Part shown: positions 1-10,310 of the stretch, in pieces
Layout: each line of letters begins with the position of its first letter
How positions within the stretch are numbered: position 1 is the stretch's first letter
Assembly: GCA_020053375.1 (NCBI GenBank)
Contig: JAGVNG010000017.1
Coordinates: 26,780 to 90,779 of the forward strand
Direction: 5' to 3'
Source of the DNA: Nanobdellota archaeon
GTDB lineage: Archaea; Nanobdellota; Nanobdellia; Pacearchaeales; GW2011-AR1
DNA length: 64,000 nucleotides
The notes under the pieces: generated by a model
Databases searched by the model: none
What the model was told of the DNA's origin: nothing
The model's input: the letters and a program-made list of their open reading frames with translations, nothing else
Made by a program: the position numbers and the translations under genes

Positions 1-1
1 G

Positions 2-1168
2 GCTGATAAGATTACTGGAGTATTTGTTCCGACAATTTTGGTAATGGCTATTCTTACTTTTGCAAATTGGTGGTATTTCTCGCAGGATTTAAGCAGGGCA
101 CTTGGAGTTGGAGTTGCAGTGCTTGTTATTGCTTGTCCCTGCGCCCTTGGACTCGCAACACCTACTGCATTGATGGTTGGAAGTGGAATGGGAGCCAAAA
201 GAGGGATATTAATTAGGAAGGGAGAAGCCATTCAGACAATGAAGGAAGTCAAGACGGTGATATTTGACAAGACGGGAACAATAACAAAAGGAAAACCAGA
301 AGTGAGAGAGATATATTCAAAGGCAAAAGAAAACTATATGATGGAAATTGCTGCAAGCCTGGAAAAATTGAGTGAACATCCTCTTTCAAAGGCTATTGTT
401 AATAAAGCTAACTTGAAGAAATACAAAAAAGTAACTGGATTTAGGGTATTAAGGGGAAGAGGAGTTGAGGGAAAAATTGGCAAGAATGAAGTAATAATTG
501 GAAACACAAATTTAATGAAGGAGAAGAAAATCTCTGTAAAAGAATTTGAGAATAAGATACAGAGCTTTGAGGAGAATGGATACACCACAATAATTGTTTC
601 TGAAAACCATAAGGCTATAGGAATTATGGGAATTGCAGATGCTGTGAAGGAAGATTCCCTAAATGCAATTTTTGAATTGAAGGAATTGGGATTTAGGGTT
701 GTTATGCTTACAGGCGATAATGAAAGGACTGCAAAGGCAATAGCAGAGCAGGTCGGAATAAACGAAGTGATTGCAAATGTGCTTCCGGAAGACAAGGCAA
801 AGAAAGTTGAAGCGCTTCAGCTTGAAGGAATGGTTGCATTTGTGGGGGATGGAATAAATGATGCGCCTGCGTTGAAACAGAGCAATGTCGGAATCGCAAT
901 GGGTTCTGGAAGTGATATAGCCATCGAATCTGGGGATATTGTCCTTGCGAATGGAAGCTTGTCCGGAGTTGTGTCTGCGATAAAATTATCAAAGGCAACA
1001 TTTTCAAAGATAAAACAGAATCTTTTCTGGGCTTTTGCATATAATATTATCGCGATTCCTATCGCGATTGGAGGGCTCCTACATCCAGTCATAGCTGAGA
1101 TTGCGATGGCCCTTTCAAGCATAACTGTTGTGACAAATGCAAATCTGCTGAGAAGAAAGAAGATTTGA
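2..1168 (+). CDS. P-type heavy-metal-translocating ATPase, C-terminal part (5' end lies upstream of window)
   Basis: Reading frame is open from window start; DKTGTIT phosphorylation motif, GDGINDAP hinge motif, C-terminal transmembrane helices. Confidence 0.85.
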   Translation, partial: ADKITGVFVPTILVMAILTFANWWYFSQDLSRALGVGVAVLVIACPCALGLATPTALMVGSGMGAKRGILIRKGEAIQTMKEVKTVIFDKTGTITKGKPEVREIYSKAKENYMMEIAASLEKLSEHPLSKAIVNKANLKKYKKVTGFRVLRGRGVEGKIGKNEVIIGNTNLMKEKKISVKEFENKIQSFEENGYTTIIVSENHKAIGIMGIADAVKEDSLNAIFELKELGFRVVMLTGDNERTAKAIAEQVGINEVIANVLPEDKAKKVEALQLEGMVAFVGDGINDAPALKQSNVGIAMGSGSDIAIESGDIVLANGSLSGVVSAIKLSKATFSKIKQNLFWAFAYNIIAIPIAIGGLLHPVIAEIAMALSSITVVTNANLLRRKKI

Positions 1169-1171
1169 TAT

Positions 1172-1648
1172 TCACTTTATTTTATTTCCTTTCTTGATAT
1201 TTTCAGAACCAATTAACCATTGGTGATTTTCAGGAGCAAATGCCTTCTTAATTTCTTTGGATTTTTCTAAATTAAAAGATGATAATGGTTTAATATGGTC
1301 TATGTGCCAATTTTTAATATCCTTGGGAAATGGTTTTAGGTGATTTATTATAACACCAAAGTCTATTCCATATTTTTTGGATGAAGAAGTTTTTCCATTT
1401 TTTGTATATCGCTTAAATGCTTGATATAAAAGATTTCTCAATCTAATAGCAATTTCAAATTGAGTATCTTTCTCTCTCCTATTTTTATGATAAATTTTAT
1501 ACCAGTTATTTCTTTTTCTTTTGAACTCAGGATTATCTTTTATGAGATAATATCTTTTCAGAGAGTTTATTCTTGCCCCTTTCAGATATTTTTCCCGTTG
1601 CTCTTCTGCAACAATTCTATTACAACTTTTACAGTACCATGAAGTCAT
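1172..1648 (-). CDS. HNH-family endonuclease with N-terminal CxxC zinc finger
   Basis: N-terminal CKSC; C-terminal HIDHIKPL...NHQWL...ENIKKGNK resembles the H-N-H catalytic motif; free-standing 158 aa ORF. Confidence 0.5.
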   Translation of the reverse strand: MTSWYCKSCNRIVAEEQREKYLKGARINSLKRYYLIKDNPEFKRKRNNWYKIYHKNRREKDTQFEIAIRLRNLLYQAFKRYTKNGKTSSSKKYGIDFGVIINHLKPFPKDIKNWHIDHIKPLSSFNLEKSKEIKKAFAPENHQWLIGSENIKKGNKIK

Positions 1649-1821
1649 CGACCTTTCTTTATTTTTACCCCTCTTGCAGGGCTTGTTCGTACATAATTAA
1701 TAACACTAAATTACTTTAATATTTTACTGTTTAGTAGTCAATAAAGTATTTAAACAACTTTTATTTTAGGGTTCTCGGTTATACAATAAATGGTAACTTT
1801 TATAAAGAAGCATACAATAGA

Positions 1822-2271
1822 TTGTATATGAAATGCCCACACTGCAACAGCGAAAAACTAAGAGTTACGGATAAAAGAGCCTCTCCTGAAGGCATAAGGA
1901 GGCGAAGAGAGTGCCTGAAATGCAAAAAAAGGTTCACCACATATGAGAAAATAGAGAGGGAAAATCTTTATGTGGTAAAAAAGGATGGGAGAAGAGAAAA
2001 GTTTGACAGACAAAAGATGTCAAACGGAATTTACAGGGCTTTTGAAAAGCGTCCTGTATCGAAAGAAGACATAGACAAAATGATAAACGAAATTGAGGAG
2101 CAACTGGGAAGAAGAGGGAAGAAAGAAGTGAAGAGTTCTGCTATAGGCGAGCTGATTATGAAAAAGATAAAGAGGCTTGATAATGTTGCTTACATAAGAT
2201 TTGCTTCTGTATACAGGGATTTTCAGGACATAAGTGATTTCAAGAAAGAATTGAAGGAGTTGAAGGAATAG
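1822..2271 (+). CDS. nrdR: NrdR-like transcriptional repressor of ribonucleotide reductase genes
   Basis: N-terminal zinc ribbon CPHCNS...RRRRECLKCKKRFTTYEK followed by ATP-cone-like region; stop is 1 nt before RNR start. Confidence 0.7.
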   Translation: MYMKCPHCNSEKLRVTDKRASPEGIRRRRECLKCKKRFTTYEKIERENLYVVKKDGRREKFDRQKMSNGIYRAFEKRPVSKEDIDKMINEIEEQLGRRGKKEVKSSAIGELIMKKIKRLDNVAYIRFASVYRDFQDISDFKKELKELKE

Positions 2272-2272
2272 G

Positions 2273-5200
2273 ATGGTTAAGGAAAATAGGGAAAATTTCC
2301 CAACTCATTCTCCTATAATCTTAAAAAGTTATGATGCTCGAAGACATATTGCTGTTCAAGAGGCATACTCTTTGTTAAATATCCAACAGGATTCTAATTT
2401 ATCGCCCCAGAAGCTTAAAAACGCTGCTGAGGAAGGCACAATACAAATTTATGAGTTTAATGGAGAACAATACTTTGATAGACTAGACGTAGGAAGAGTT
2501 TACCATCAAACTCCAAAAACAAGCGATGGATTAACCATAGATAGATATTTTTCGAAGCCGGATGAAAATCCCTTCGAAAGTGTTGGAAAATATGAAAAAA
2601 GAAATCTAAAAATTGCAAAAACTGACGGAACAGTGGTCTTTGAGATGAAAGATGCAGAGTTTCCAGAATCCTGGAGAGAGGATTCTTTAAGTATTATAGC
2701 CCAAAAATACTTTTTTAAGCCTGATAAGGCAGAATGGAAGGAAAAATTAAAACAAAGGATAGGTAGGGAGCATGAATTTTCACCTGTTCATTTGATTAAT
2801 CGTGTTACTAATTTTATTGCTGACGCTGGACAGAATCTGGGATATTTTGCAACGGAAGAAGATAAGAGGGCTTTTGCTGATGAGTTAAAATGGCTACAGA
2901 TTAATCAGAGGTTTGCATTTAATTCTCCGGTACAATTTAATGCAGGAATTTTCAATGAATATAAAATTTCAGGGAGCCAATCATTGGGATACTGGAGAAA
3001 TCCTAAAACTGGAGAAGTGCAAAAAAATGAGGCTGGAGAATTTGTAAATCCTCAGTGTCATGCTTGTTTCATTAAGGGTCCAAATGATGATTTGGAAAGT
3101 ATTTTAGAACATGTAAAAGATGAGGGAGCGGTATTTTCATTGGGTTCTGGTATAGGTCAGGAAATAGGAGTTCTAAGGGCAGAGGGAGAACTTCTTTCTG
3201 GCGGAGGGAAGGCATCTGGATCTATGAGCTTTATGAAGGGATATGATTTTTGGGCTGGAGTAATAAAGTCTGGAGGAAAAAGCAGAAGAGCTGCAAGGAT
3301 GACTACTATGAGATATCATCACCCAGATATTATGAAATTTATAAGAAGTAAAGTAAGAGAGGAAAAGAAGGCAAAGGTTTTAGTGGAGAATGGTTATGAA
3401 GGAGGAATGGACGGCGAAGCAATTACTACTGTTGCTTTCCAGAATACAAATATCTCTGTCAGATTGGATGACGACTTCTTTAAAAAATTAAAAGAGGGGG
3501 GAGATGTTGAGCTATTTTATGTTAAATCTGGAAAAGTAGCTGGAAAGGTTTCAGCAGAAAGATTACTCAAAGAATCTGCATTTGGTTCATGGAGAGTTGG
3601 TGATCCCAACATCCAATATGAATCTTCAATTCAGGGGATGCACACTTCTTCAAATTCGGGGAATATCAACTCCAGCAATCCATGCTCAGAATATATGTTT
3701 TTGGATGACACCTCTTGTAATCTATTATCGCATAACCTTGGTAAATATGCTGACGAAAAGGGAAAATTTGATATTGAAGGATTCAGAAAGGGGGTTTATG
3801 TTTCATCAATTGCTTCAGATATTCTTAACGACAGTGCGTCTTATCCAATAAAAAGTATTGCAACAATTAGCCCTGAATTTAGAACAATAGGAGTGGGTTA
3901 TGCAAATCTTGGAGGATTGTTAATGAGAAAAGGAATCGCATATGACTCTGAAAGAGGAAGGGCATTGGCTGCTGCAATTACCTCCTTAATGACTGGAACG
4001 GTTTATGAGGCTTCTGCAGATATGGCTGAAAAATTAGGCACATTTACCCACTTTGAATTTAACAAAAAACCTGCAACTGAGGTTATGAAAAAACATGAAA
4101 AAAACCTTGAAAAAATTCTTTGGCAAGATGTAGACATTCTTGGTTTAAAGGAGGCAGCATATAATTCATGGGAAAAAGTTAATAGAAGAATAAGTGAGGT
4201 TGGAATTAGAAATGCTCAGGCAACTGTATTGGCACCAACAGGAACAATAGCCTATTATATGGGTTGTCAAGATTCTACAGGGGTTGAACCATCACCTTCC
4301 TTAAAGATATTTAAAAATTTAGCTGGAGGTGGTTCAATAGAAGTTGTGAATGAGGAAGTTTCAAATGCTCTTAACAATCTTGGATATTCTGAGCAGCAAA
4401 GAAAAGAAATTATGGAGTTTGTTGATAAAAATGGGGTTGTTGTAGGCGCCCCACAAATGCAATCAAGTCATTATAAAATATTTGATACTGCTTTTGGAAA
4501 TGTCAGAGGGGAAGGGACTATTCCTTTTGAAGGGCATATAAGAATGCTTGGAGCAACGCAACCCTTTATTTCAGGAGCAATTTCAAAAACAAATAATCTT
4601 CCAGAAAGAGCAACTGTCAAAGAAATTTATGATGGTTATATTCTTGGGCATGAATTGGGGCTGAAAGCATTAGCAGTTTTTAGGAATAACAGCAAGATAA
4701 CGAGTGCATTGACTTTTGGAGATAAAAGTTTGGTAAAGCTTAAGAGAGGAGAAAAAGATGATTTGATAACCGAAAGAGGAGCATTTGAAAAAGAAGTTAG
4801 GATAGGAGGTTCTTCTATTCATATGATTGTAAGTGAATATAAGGATGGAAGACCTGGACAAATTGCTTTCTTATCCCATAAATCTGGATCAACTCTTAAA
4901 GCATTATTGGAAACACAAGGGATTTTAGCATCAAAGGCTCTTAAACGAGGTGTTCATTTAAGAGATATAATTGGGGCATGGGAAAGTCAATCTTTTGAAC
5001 CAGGAGGTTTTGTTCAGGGAGATAATTATATAAAAAAGGCTGGCTCACCTTTGGATTATGCTGCAAAAGTATTGAAATTGCATTATCTCGGTGATTTAGA
5101 TGCTGCAGAAAAGAGAGAAGAGGTTAATATAGAAGAATTGCAGGGATTCAAGAATGGAGCGTTTTTACATTATGCAAGAGAAGGAATTGATGATTGGGAT

Positions 5201-5410
5201 GTTGACCATGTATTAAAAGACCCTATCCTTGGAGGTTTTGTGCAAGCAGATGAGAATTTGTTAAAAATACTTAAGAAAAAAAATGGTTCTCAGCAAACCC
5301 ATAATTCAAATGAACCTCCCTGTACCTTATGTGGAAATCTTATGAAGCAAACTCTTCCTGGATGTTTTAAATGTACTGTTTGTGGTGATAAAGTTGGTGG
5401 ATGTGGTTAG
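2273..5410 (+). CDS. Ribonucleotide reductase, probably class II (adenosylcobalamin-dependent), with C-terminal CxxC zinc-ribbon tail
   Basis: 1045 aa; active-site NPCSEYMF...CNLLSHNLG block typical of the RNR large subunit (NPC rather than NLC suggests class II); C-terminal CTLCG...CFKCTVCG. Confidence 0.7.
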   Translation: MVKENRENFPTHSPIILKSYDARRHIAVQEAYSLLNIQQDSNLSPQKLKNAAEEGTIQIYEFNGEQYFDRLDVGRVYHQTPKTSDGLTIDRYFSKPDENPFESVGKYEKRNLKIAKTDGTVVFEMKDAEFPESWREDSLSIIAQKYFFKPDKAEWKEKLKQRIGREHEFSPVHLINRVTNFIADAGQNLGYFATEEDKRAFADELKWLQINQRFAFNSPVQFNAGIFNEYKISGSQSLGYWRNPKTGEVQKNEAGEFVNPQCHACFIKGPNDDLESILEHVKDEGAVFSLGSGIGQEIGVLRAEGELLSGGGKASGSMSFMKGYDFWAGVIKSGGKSRRAARMTTMRYHHPDIMKFIRSKVREEKKAKVLVENGYEGGMDGEAITTVAFQNTNISVRLDDDFFKKLKEGGDVELFYVKSGKVAGKVSAERLLKESAFGSWRVGDPNIQYESSIQGMHTSSNSGNINSSNPCSEYMFLDDTSCNLLSHNLGKYADEKGKFDIEGFRKGVYVSSIASDILNDSASYPIKSIATISPEFRTIGVGYANLGGLLMRKGIAYDSERGRALAAAITSLMTGTVYEASADMAEKLGTFTHFEFNKKPATEVMKKHEKNLEKILWQDVDILGLKEAAYNSWEKVNRRISEVGIRNAQATVLAPTGTIAYYMGCQDSTGVEPSPSLKIFKNLAGGGSIEVVNEEVSNALNNLGYSEQQRKEIMEFVDKNGVVVGAPQMQSSHYKIFDTAFGNVRGEGTIPFEGHIRMLGATQPFISGAISKTNNLPERATVKEIYDGYILGHELGLKALAVFRNNSKITSALTFGDKSLVKLKRGEKDDLITERGAFEKEVRIGGSSIHMIVSEYKDGRPGQIAFLSHKSGSTLKALLETQGILASKALKRGVHLRDIIGAWESQSFEPGGFVQGDNYIKKAGSPLDYAAKVLKLHYLGDLDAAEKREEVNIEELQGFKNGAFLHYAREGIDDWDVDHVLKDPILGGFVQADENLLKILKKKNGSQQTHNSNEPPCTLCGNLMKQTLPGCFKCTVCGDKVGGCG

Positions 5411-5451
5411 CAACACAAATTCTTATAAAATAAGTTTCCTAACATTGTAAA

Positions 5452-5877
5452 ATGCAAGAAATTACTCTGAAAGTAAAGAAAATTCATCCAGATGCGAAGC
5501 TTCCGGTCTATGCACATCTCGGAGAGGATGCGGCGATGGACGTCACATCAATAAGCAGAGAAATAAAGGATAAATATGTTGAATACAGGACAGGATTGTC
5601 CTTGGAAGTTCCAAAAGGACATGTTTGTCTGATATTTCCAAGAAGCAGTATTACAAATAAAGATTTAATGTTGAAAAACTCTGTCGGAGTTCTTGATTCA
5701 GGATATAGAGGAGAGTTAATTTTCAGGTTTCAAAAATTTGGAGAGGAAATTTATGAAGTTGGTGATAGAATAGGACAAATTATGATTCTTCCGTATCCTA
5801 TTGTAAAAGTTGAGGAAGTTTTAGAGCTTGGAGAAAGCAAGAGAGGAGAAGGCGGCTGGGGGCATACAGGAAAGTAA
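5452..5877 (+). CDS. dut: dUTP diphosphatase (dUTPase/dCTP deaminase superfamily)
   Basis: 141 aa; GVLDSGYRGEL and GDRIGQIMILP motifs of the dUTPase family. Confidence 0.65.
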   Translation: MQEITLKVKKIHPDAKLPVYAHLGEDAAMDVTSISREIKDKYVEYRTGLSLEVPKGHVCLIFPRSSITNKDLMLKNSVGVLDSGYRGELIFRFQKFGEEIYEVGDRIGQIMILPYPIVKVEEVLELGESKRGEGGWGHTGK

Positions 5878-5908
5878 CTTTTATAAACAGGCTTAATTCT
5901 AAAATAAA

Positions 5909-6223
5909 ATGGCAGTTACAGAATTAACAAACCGGCAATTTGATGAATTCACTAAAAAGGGAGTTGCAATTGTGGATTTCTTTGCAGATTGGTGCATGCC
6001 CTGCCTCATGATGGCTCCTATAATGGATGATTTGAGCAATAAGTTAGGCAAAAAAATCAAGTTCGGCAAGATAGATGTTGATGAAAACCATATAATCGCC
6101 GAAAAATTCCATGTTCATTCAATACCTAACTTTGTTCTTTTCAAGGACGGAAAGGCTGTTGAGAGGTTTGTAGGCTCGATGCCTGCTGAGGATTTTGAGG
6201 AAAAGTTGAAGAAGTTTATATAA
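5909..6223 (+). CDS. Thioredoxin
   Basis: 104 aa, WCMPC active-site CxxC motif, thioredoxin-fold length and pattern. Confidence 0.8.
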   Translation: MAVTELTNRQFDEFTKKGVAIVDFFADWCMPCLMMAPIMDDLSNKLGKKIKFGKIDVDENHIIAEKFHVHSIPNFVLFKDGKAVERFVGSMPAEDFEEKLKKFI

Positions 6224-6227
6224 AAAG

Positions 6228-6301
6228 TGGCCCCGATGGGATTTGAACCCACGACACCTGGATTAAAAGTCCAGTGCTCTACCAGACTGAGCTACGGAGC
6301 C
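6228..6301 (-). tRNA. tRNA-Lys (anticodon UUU)
   Basis: Reverse complement folds as GGCTCCG acceptor / GCTC D-stem / CTGGA-CTTTTAA-TCCAG anticodon arm (TTT) / GTGGG-TTCAAAT T-arm; CCA not encoded. Confidence 0.8.
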
Positions 6302-6446
6302 GTAATCCAGTATAAGTTTCATCATTTAAAAAAGCTTTTGTAGGACTTTAATTATATAGGGGAATTTCCCAAGAAATCTCTCCGTTTCTTCAAAACCTCT
6401 TCTCAAACCAAAATTTAGAAAGATTTAAAAACCAAATTTTGGTTTC

Positions 6447-6456
6447 TTTTATTATT
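6447..6456 (+). promoter_or_regulatory. TATA-box-like element upstream of rpoH
   Basis: ttttattatt ~30 nt upstream of the first ATG of rpoH. Confidence 0.2.
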
Positions 6457-6485
6457 AACCAGTTATTAAAGTCATTAACAATTGG

Positions 6486-6722
6486 TTGAAAGCTAAACAC
6501 TTTCCTGCCCAAAAAATGCACATACTCCAGCCAAAACATTCTAAGTTAAACGAAAAAGAGACTAAAGAAGTATTACTAAACTTTAACGTTTCCAAGTCAC
6601 AGCTTCCAAAAATATACTCTACAGACCCTGCTCTGTCCGAGGGATGCATTAGTGGAGACATAATAAAAATAGAAAGAAAAGAAGGAGAAAAGACCTATGT
6701 TTACTATAGGGTTGTAATATAA
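6486..6722 (+). CDS. rpoH: DNA-directed RNA polymerase subunit H (Rpo5); probable true start at 6516
   Basis: C-terminal ...SQLPKIYSTDPAL...GDIIKIERK...YYRVV matches the RpoH/RPB5 C-domain; directly upstream of rpoB. Confidence 0.8.
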   Translation: MKAKHFPAQKMHILQPKHSKLNEKETKEVLLNFNVSKSQLPKIYSTDPALSEGCISGDIIKIERKEGEKTYVYYRVVI

Positions 6723-6763
6723 TTAATATGAAAATTTCAAGTTTCCAAGGAAGTAACTAAACA

Positions 6764-9700
6764 ATGGAAAAAGGACACAAGCATCTTGTTATGAAGAAAT
6801 ATCTCGAAGAGCATTCGCTGGTAGAGTCAAATGTCATTTCTTTCAACAATTTTATTGAAACAAGAATGCAGAAAATCGTCGAGGAAATAGCAGAAACCAT
6901 AAACAACGAGGACTTTGAAATCAAGCTCGGAAAAATAACCATAGGAAAGCCAAAAATAACAGAAGCTGACGGAAGCTCTTCTTTGATAACGCCAACCGAA
7001 GCAAGATTGAGGAGCCTTACATATGCCGCTCCTGTTTACCTTGAAATCAGCGTGAAGAAGGATGACCAGGTTGATTCAGAGACAGTTGAAATTGGGAAGA
7101 TTCCTGTTATGGTGAAAAGCAAGATATGCAATACTCACGAGATGTCAAAAGATGAATTGATTAAAAATTACAATGACCCTCTTGACCCGGGCGGATATTT
7201 TATAATAAAAGGAAATGAAAGGGTGATGGTAATGGCAGAGGACCTTGCCGAAAATCAGTCTTTTGTGGAAACGGACTCAAGGGGCAATTTGATTCTCAAA
7301 ATGTTTTCTCTTAAGGGAACATACAGGATTCCCGTTACAATATTTGAGGACAAGGAAGGCTTGTTCAATCTTTCTTTCAGTCGGTTCAAGGACTTGCCAG
7401 TAGTTGTTATACTCAAGGCGCTCGGACTTACAAAAGAATCAGACATTGCAAAATACATAGGAAAGGAAACGGACAGTGTCGTTGTTAACCTTTATGAATT
7501 TGTCAACATAGCTGAGAAGGAAGATGCCATGATTTACATTGCAGAGAAAACAAATCTTCAAGGAACAAAAAAAGAAATTCTTGACCGGGTCAAGCAAAGG
7601 ATTGACTCCTATCTTTTCCCCCATATTGGCCAGAAAAAGGAAGACAGGATGAAAAAAGCAATAACACTCTGCAAATTAATAAAGCAATTTTTGACTGCAA
7701 AGGAAAATCCCCAATTAAGAACAGACAAGGATCATTATGCAAATAAAAGGGTTAGACTATCAGGTGACCTTTTAGCAACTTTGTTTAGGGTTAATCTTGG
7801 AATTCTTATCAGGGATATACAATATTCCCTTCAGAAATCATCAAAGAGAAGGAAATTCTTTTCAATAAAAATAATAGCAAAATCAACCCTATTCTCGCAC
7901 AGGATTGAATCTGCAATAGCGACGGGAAGCTGGACAGGAGAAAGAAGCGGAATAACCCAAAATATGGACAAGACAAATTATCTTGCAATAATTTCCCAGC
8001 TTCAGAGAGTATCAAGCATGCTTCCTAGCGATCAGGAAAACTTCATGGCAAGAACTCTTCACCCAACACATTATGGAAGATTCTGTCCGATAGAGACGCC
8101 TGAAGGAACAGAAATTGGGCTTAGGAAAAATCTTGCAATTCTCAGCCAGGTGTCAACCAGAATAAATCTCGACGAGGAAAAATTCCTGAAAGACATGGAA
8201 TCAATGGGGCTGGACAAGGAAGGAATAGAGGGAAGAGAGGTATTCTTTAACGGAATATTCATGGGAAGCGTAAAAAATCATATTGATTTTGTGAAAAAAA
8301 TGAGGGAAATGCGAAGAGAGGGAAAACTGCCTTATGCATTAAACATAAGGGATGATGAAAACTTTCAAAATGTTCTTGTTTCAACAGAGCCAGGAAGAGT
8401 ATTGAGGCCTGTCATCATAGTTGAAAATGGGATATCCAAGTTAAAAATAGAGCATCTTGTGCAGCTTGAACAGGGAGAGCTTAAGTGGGACAACCTTATT
8501 GAAAAAGGAATAATAGAATACTTGGATGCAGCAGAAGAGGAAAATTGCCTTGTTGCGATGCATGAGGAAGGAATTACTTCTGAGCACACTCATCTTGAGA
8601 TAGATGCAACAGATGTGTTCGGAGTTGTCACAAGCCTTGTTCCATACGGGAATCATGACCAAAGCTCCAGATTGAACAGGGGAAGCAAGACGCAAAAACA
8701 GGCATTAGGATTATATGCTGCAAACTATTTAACAAGACTCGATACAGATGTAAGCATTCTTCAGTATCCGCAGAAGCCGATTGTAAGAAGCTTTGTATAT
8801 GACACTCTTAATATTTATCCGGCAGGACAAAACCTTACCGTCGCGATAATGACGTACGAGGGATACAATATGGAAGATGCTTTGGTATTCAACAAGGGAA
8901 GCCTTGACAGGGGAGTTGGAAGAAGCTTTTACTTCAGGCCTTATTCAGCTGTTGAAATGAATTATGCCGGTGGCTTGAAAGATGAGATTGCAATACCTGA
9001 AAAAGACGCATCTGGATACAAGACAGAAGCAAACTATAGATTCCTTGAGTCAGACGGAATAATTTATCCAGAAGCAGATGTCGGCGAGGGAGAAGTTTTG
9101 ATTGGAAAGATGTCCCCCCCAAAATTCCTCTCAGAGGCAAGGGAAATCTCCATCAGAACAAAGAAAGAGTCAAGCATTGAGATGAGGCAGGAAGAAAAAG
9201 GAACCGTTGACGCTGTTTTCGTGGCAGAGGATTCAGAGGGCAACAAGATAGTTCATGTGAAAACAAGGGACCAAAGAATTCCTGAGATAGGAGACAAATT
9301 TGCAACCTCGCACGGACAGAAGGGGGTAATAGGAGCAATAATTCCGGAGGAAGATGTTCCTTTCACCTCAAGAGGCATAAGACCTGACGTCATGTTCAAT
9401 CCGCACGGACTTCCAAGCAGAATGACTGTTGGATATTTGCTTGAACTTCTCGCAGGAAAAACTGGAGCTGCCAAAGGAGAAATAATGGATGGAACTTCCT
9501 TCTCGGGGGAAAGCAAGAAGGATTTGGAAGCGCAGCTTGCGGAATTAGGATTTAGATCTGATGGAAAAGAAACGATGTATAATGGAGTAAGCGGAAAGAG
9601 AATGGAAGTCAAGATTTTCGTTGGAAACTTATATTACCTAAAATTGAAGTATATGGTAAGCAACAAAATACACGGAAGAGCGGCAGGAAAGATTGCCTTG

Positions 9701-10021
9701 CTTACACGACAGCCTATAGAGGGAAGGTCACGAGGAGGAGCATTGAGGCTTGGAGAAATGGAGCAGCAAGCGCTTGTAGCGCATGGAGCATCTCTTCTTC
9801 TTAAGGAAAGATATGATTCTGACAAAGTAGTGCTTCACATATGCACAAAGTGCGGGACAATTGCAATAGAAGACAACATACGAAACAGGATATCTTGCCC
9901 AATATGCAACAGCGAAGAAGTTGAACCAGTAGAGGTATCATATGCATTCAAGCTTCTGCTTGAGGAATTGCAGGGACTTCATATTCACACATCACTTAAA
10001 TTGAAGAATAAGTACGAATAA
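6764..10021 (+). CDS. rpoB: DNA-directed RNA polymerase subunit B (unsplit B'/B'')
   Basis: 1085 aa with RNAP second-largest-subunit blocks (GDKFATSHGQKGV, C-terminal CxxC...CxxC zinc ribbon). Confidence 0.95.
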   Translation: MEKGHKHLVMKKYLEEHSLVESNVISFNNFIETRMQKIVEEIAETINNEDFEIKLGKITIGKPKITEADGSSSLITPTEARLRSLTYAAPVYLEISVKKDDQVDSETVEIGKIPVMVKSKICNTHEMSKDELIKNYNDPLDPGGYFIIKGNERVMVMAEDLAENQSFVETDSRGNLILKMFSLKGTYRIPVTIFEDKEGLFNLSFSRFKDLPVVVILKALGLTKESDIAKYIGKETDSVVVNLYEFVNIAEKEDAMIYIAEKTNLQGTKKEILDRVKQRIDSYLFPHIGQKKEDRMKKAITLCKLIKQFLTAKENPQLRTDKDHYANKRVRLSGDLLATLFRVNLGILIRDIQYSLQKSSKRRKFFSIKIIAKSTLFSHRIESAIATGSWTGERSGITQNMDKTNYLAIISQLQRVSSMLPSDQENFMARTLHPTHYGRFCPIETPEGTEIGLRKNLAILSQVSTRINLDEEKFLKDMESMGLDKEGIEGREVFFNGIFMGSVKNHIDFVKKMREMRREGKLPYALNIRDDENFQNVLVSTEPGRVLRPVIIVENGISKLKIEHLVQLEQGELKWDNLIEKGIIEYLDAAEEENCLVAMHEEGITSEHTHLEIDATDVFGVVTSLVPYGNHDQSSRLNRGSKTQKQALGLYAANYLTRLDTDVSILQYPQKPIVRSFVYDTLNIYPAGQNLTVAIMTYEGYNMEDALVFNKGSLDRGVGRSFYFRPYSAVEMNYAGGLKDEIAIPEKDASGYKTEANYRFLESDGIIYPEADVGEGEVLIGKMSPPKFLSEAREISIRTKKESSIEMRQEEKGTVDAVFVAEDSEGNKIVHVKTRDQRIPEIGDKFATSHGQKGVIGAIIPEEDVPFTSRGIRPDVMFNPHGLPSRMTVGYLLELLAGKTGAAKGEIMDGTSFSGESKKDLEAQLAELGFRSDGKETMYNGVSGKRMEVKIFVGNLYYLKLKYMVSNKIHGRAAGKIALLTRQPIEGRSRGGALRLGEMEQQALVAHGASLLLKERYDSDKVVLHICTKCGTIAIEDNIRNRISCPICNSEEVEPVEVSYAFKLLLEELQGLHIHTSLKLKNKYE

Positions 10022-10022
10022 G

Positions 10023-10298
10023 ATGACAGAAGCATACCCCATAATCTTGGAAGCTGGAAATGAAAAAACTTATGAAGAGGTAACTGTGTTCCTTAGAGGC
10101 TTAACTGAAAAGTCTAAGCAGATGGATGGAAAAAAATATTACTTTTTAGATGGTTATACAGTACCTCCAATCAGAACAGACAAGGGTAAAAAGACAATAG
10201 AGCTAACTTTAAGTGTTGATTCAGAAATAATAAGTTTAATCAAACATACTTTAAACATAAAAAATAATAGGGATATCACCAATATATTCAAAAGTTAA
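10023..10298 (+). CDS. Hypothetical 91-aa protein encoded between rpoB and rpoA
   Basis: ATG 2 nt after the rpoB stop and 12 nt before the rpoA start; no recognisable motif. Confidence 0.45.
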   Translation: MTEAYPIILEAGNEKTYEEVTVFLRGLTEKSKQMDGKKYYFLDGYTVPPIRTDKGKKTIELTLSVDSEIISLIKHTLNIKNNRDITNIFKS

Positions 10299-10310
10299 AA
10301 AAACAAAAAA

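Noticed and set aside
2273-5410. Intein inside the ribonucleotide reductase
   Set aside because: The length is compatible with an intein-free class II enzyme. No intein splice-junction blocks were seen, and the SHN string present is part of the RNR active-site CNL..SHNL motif.
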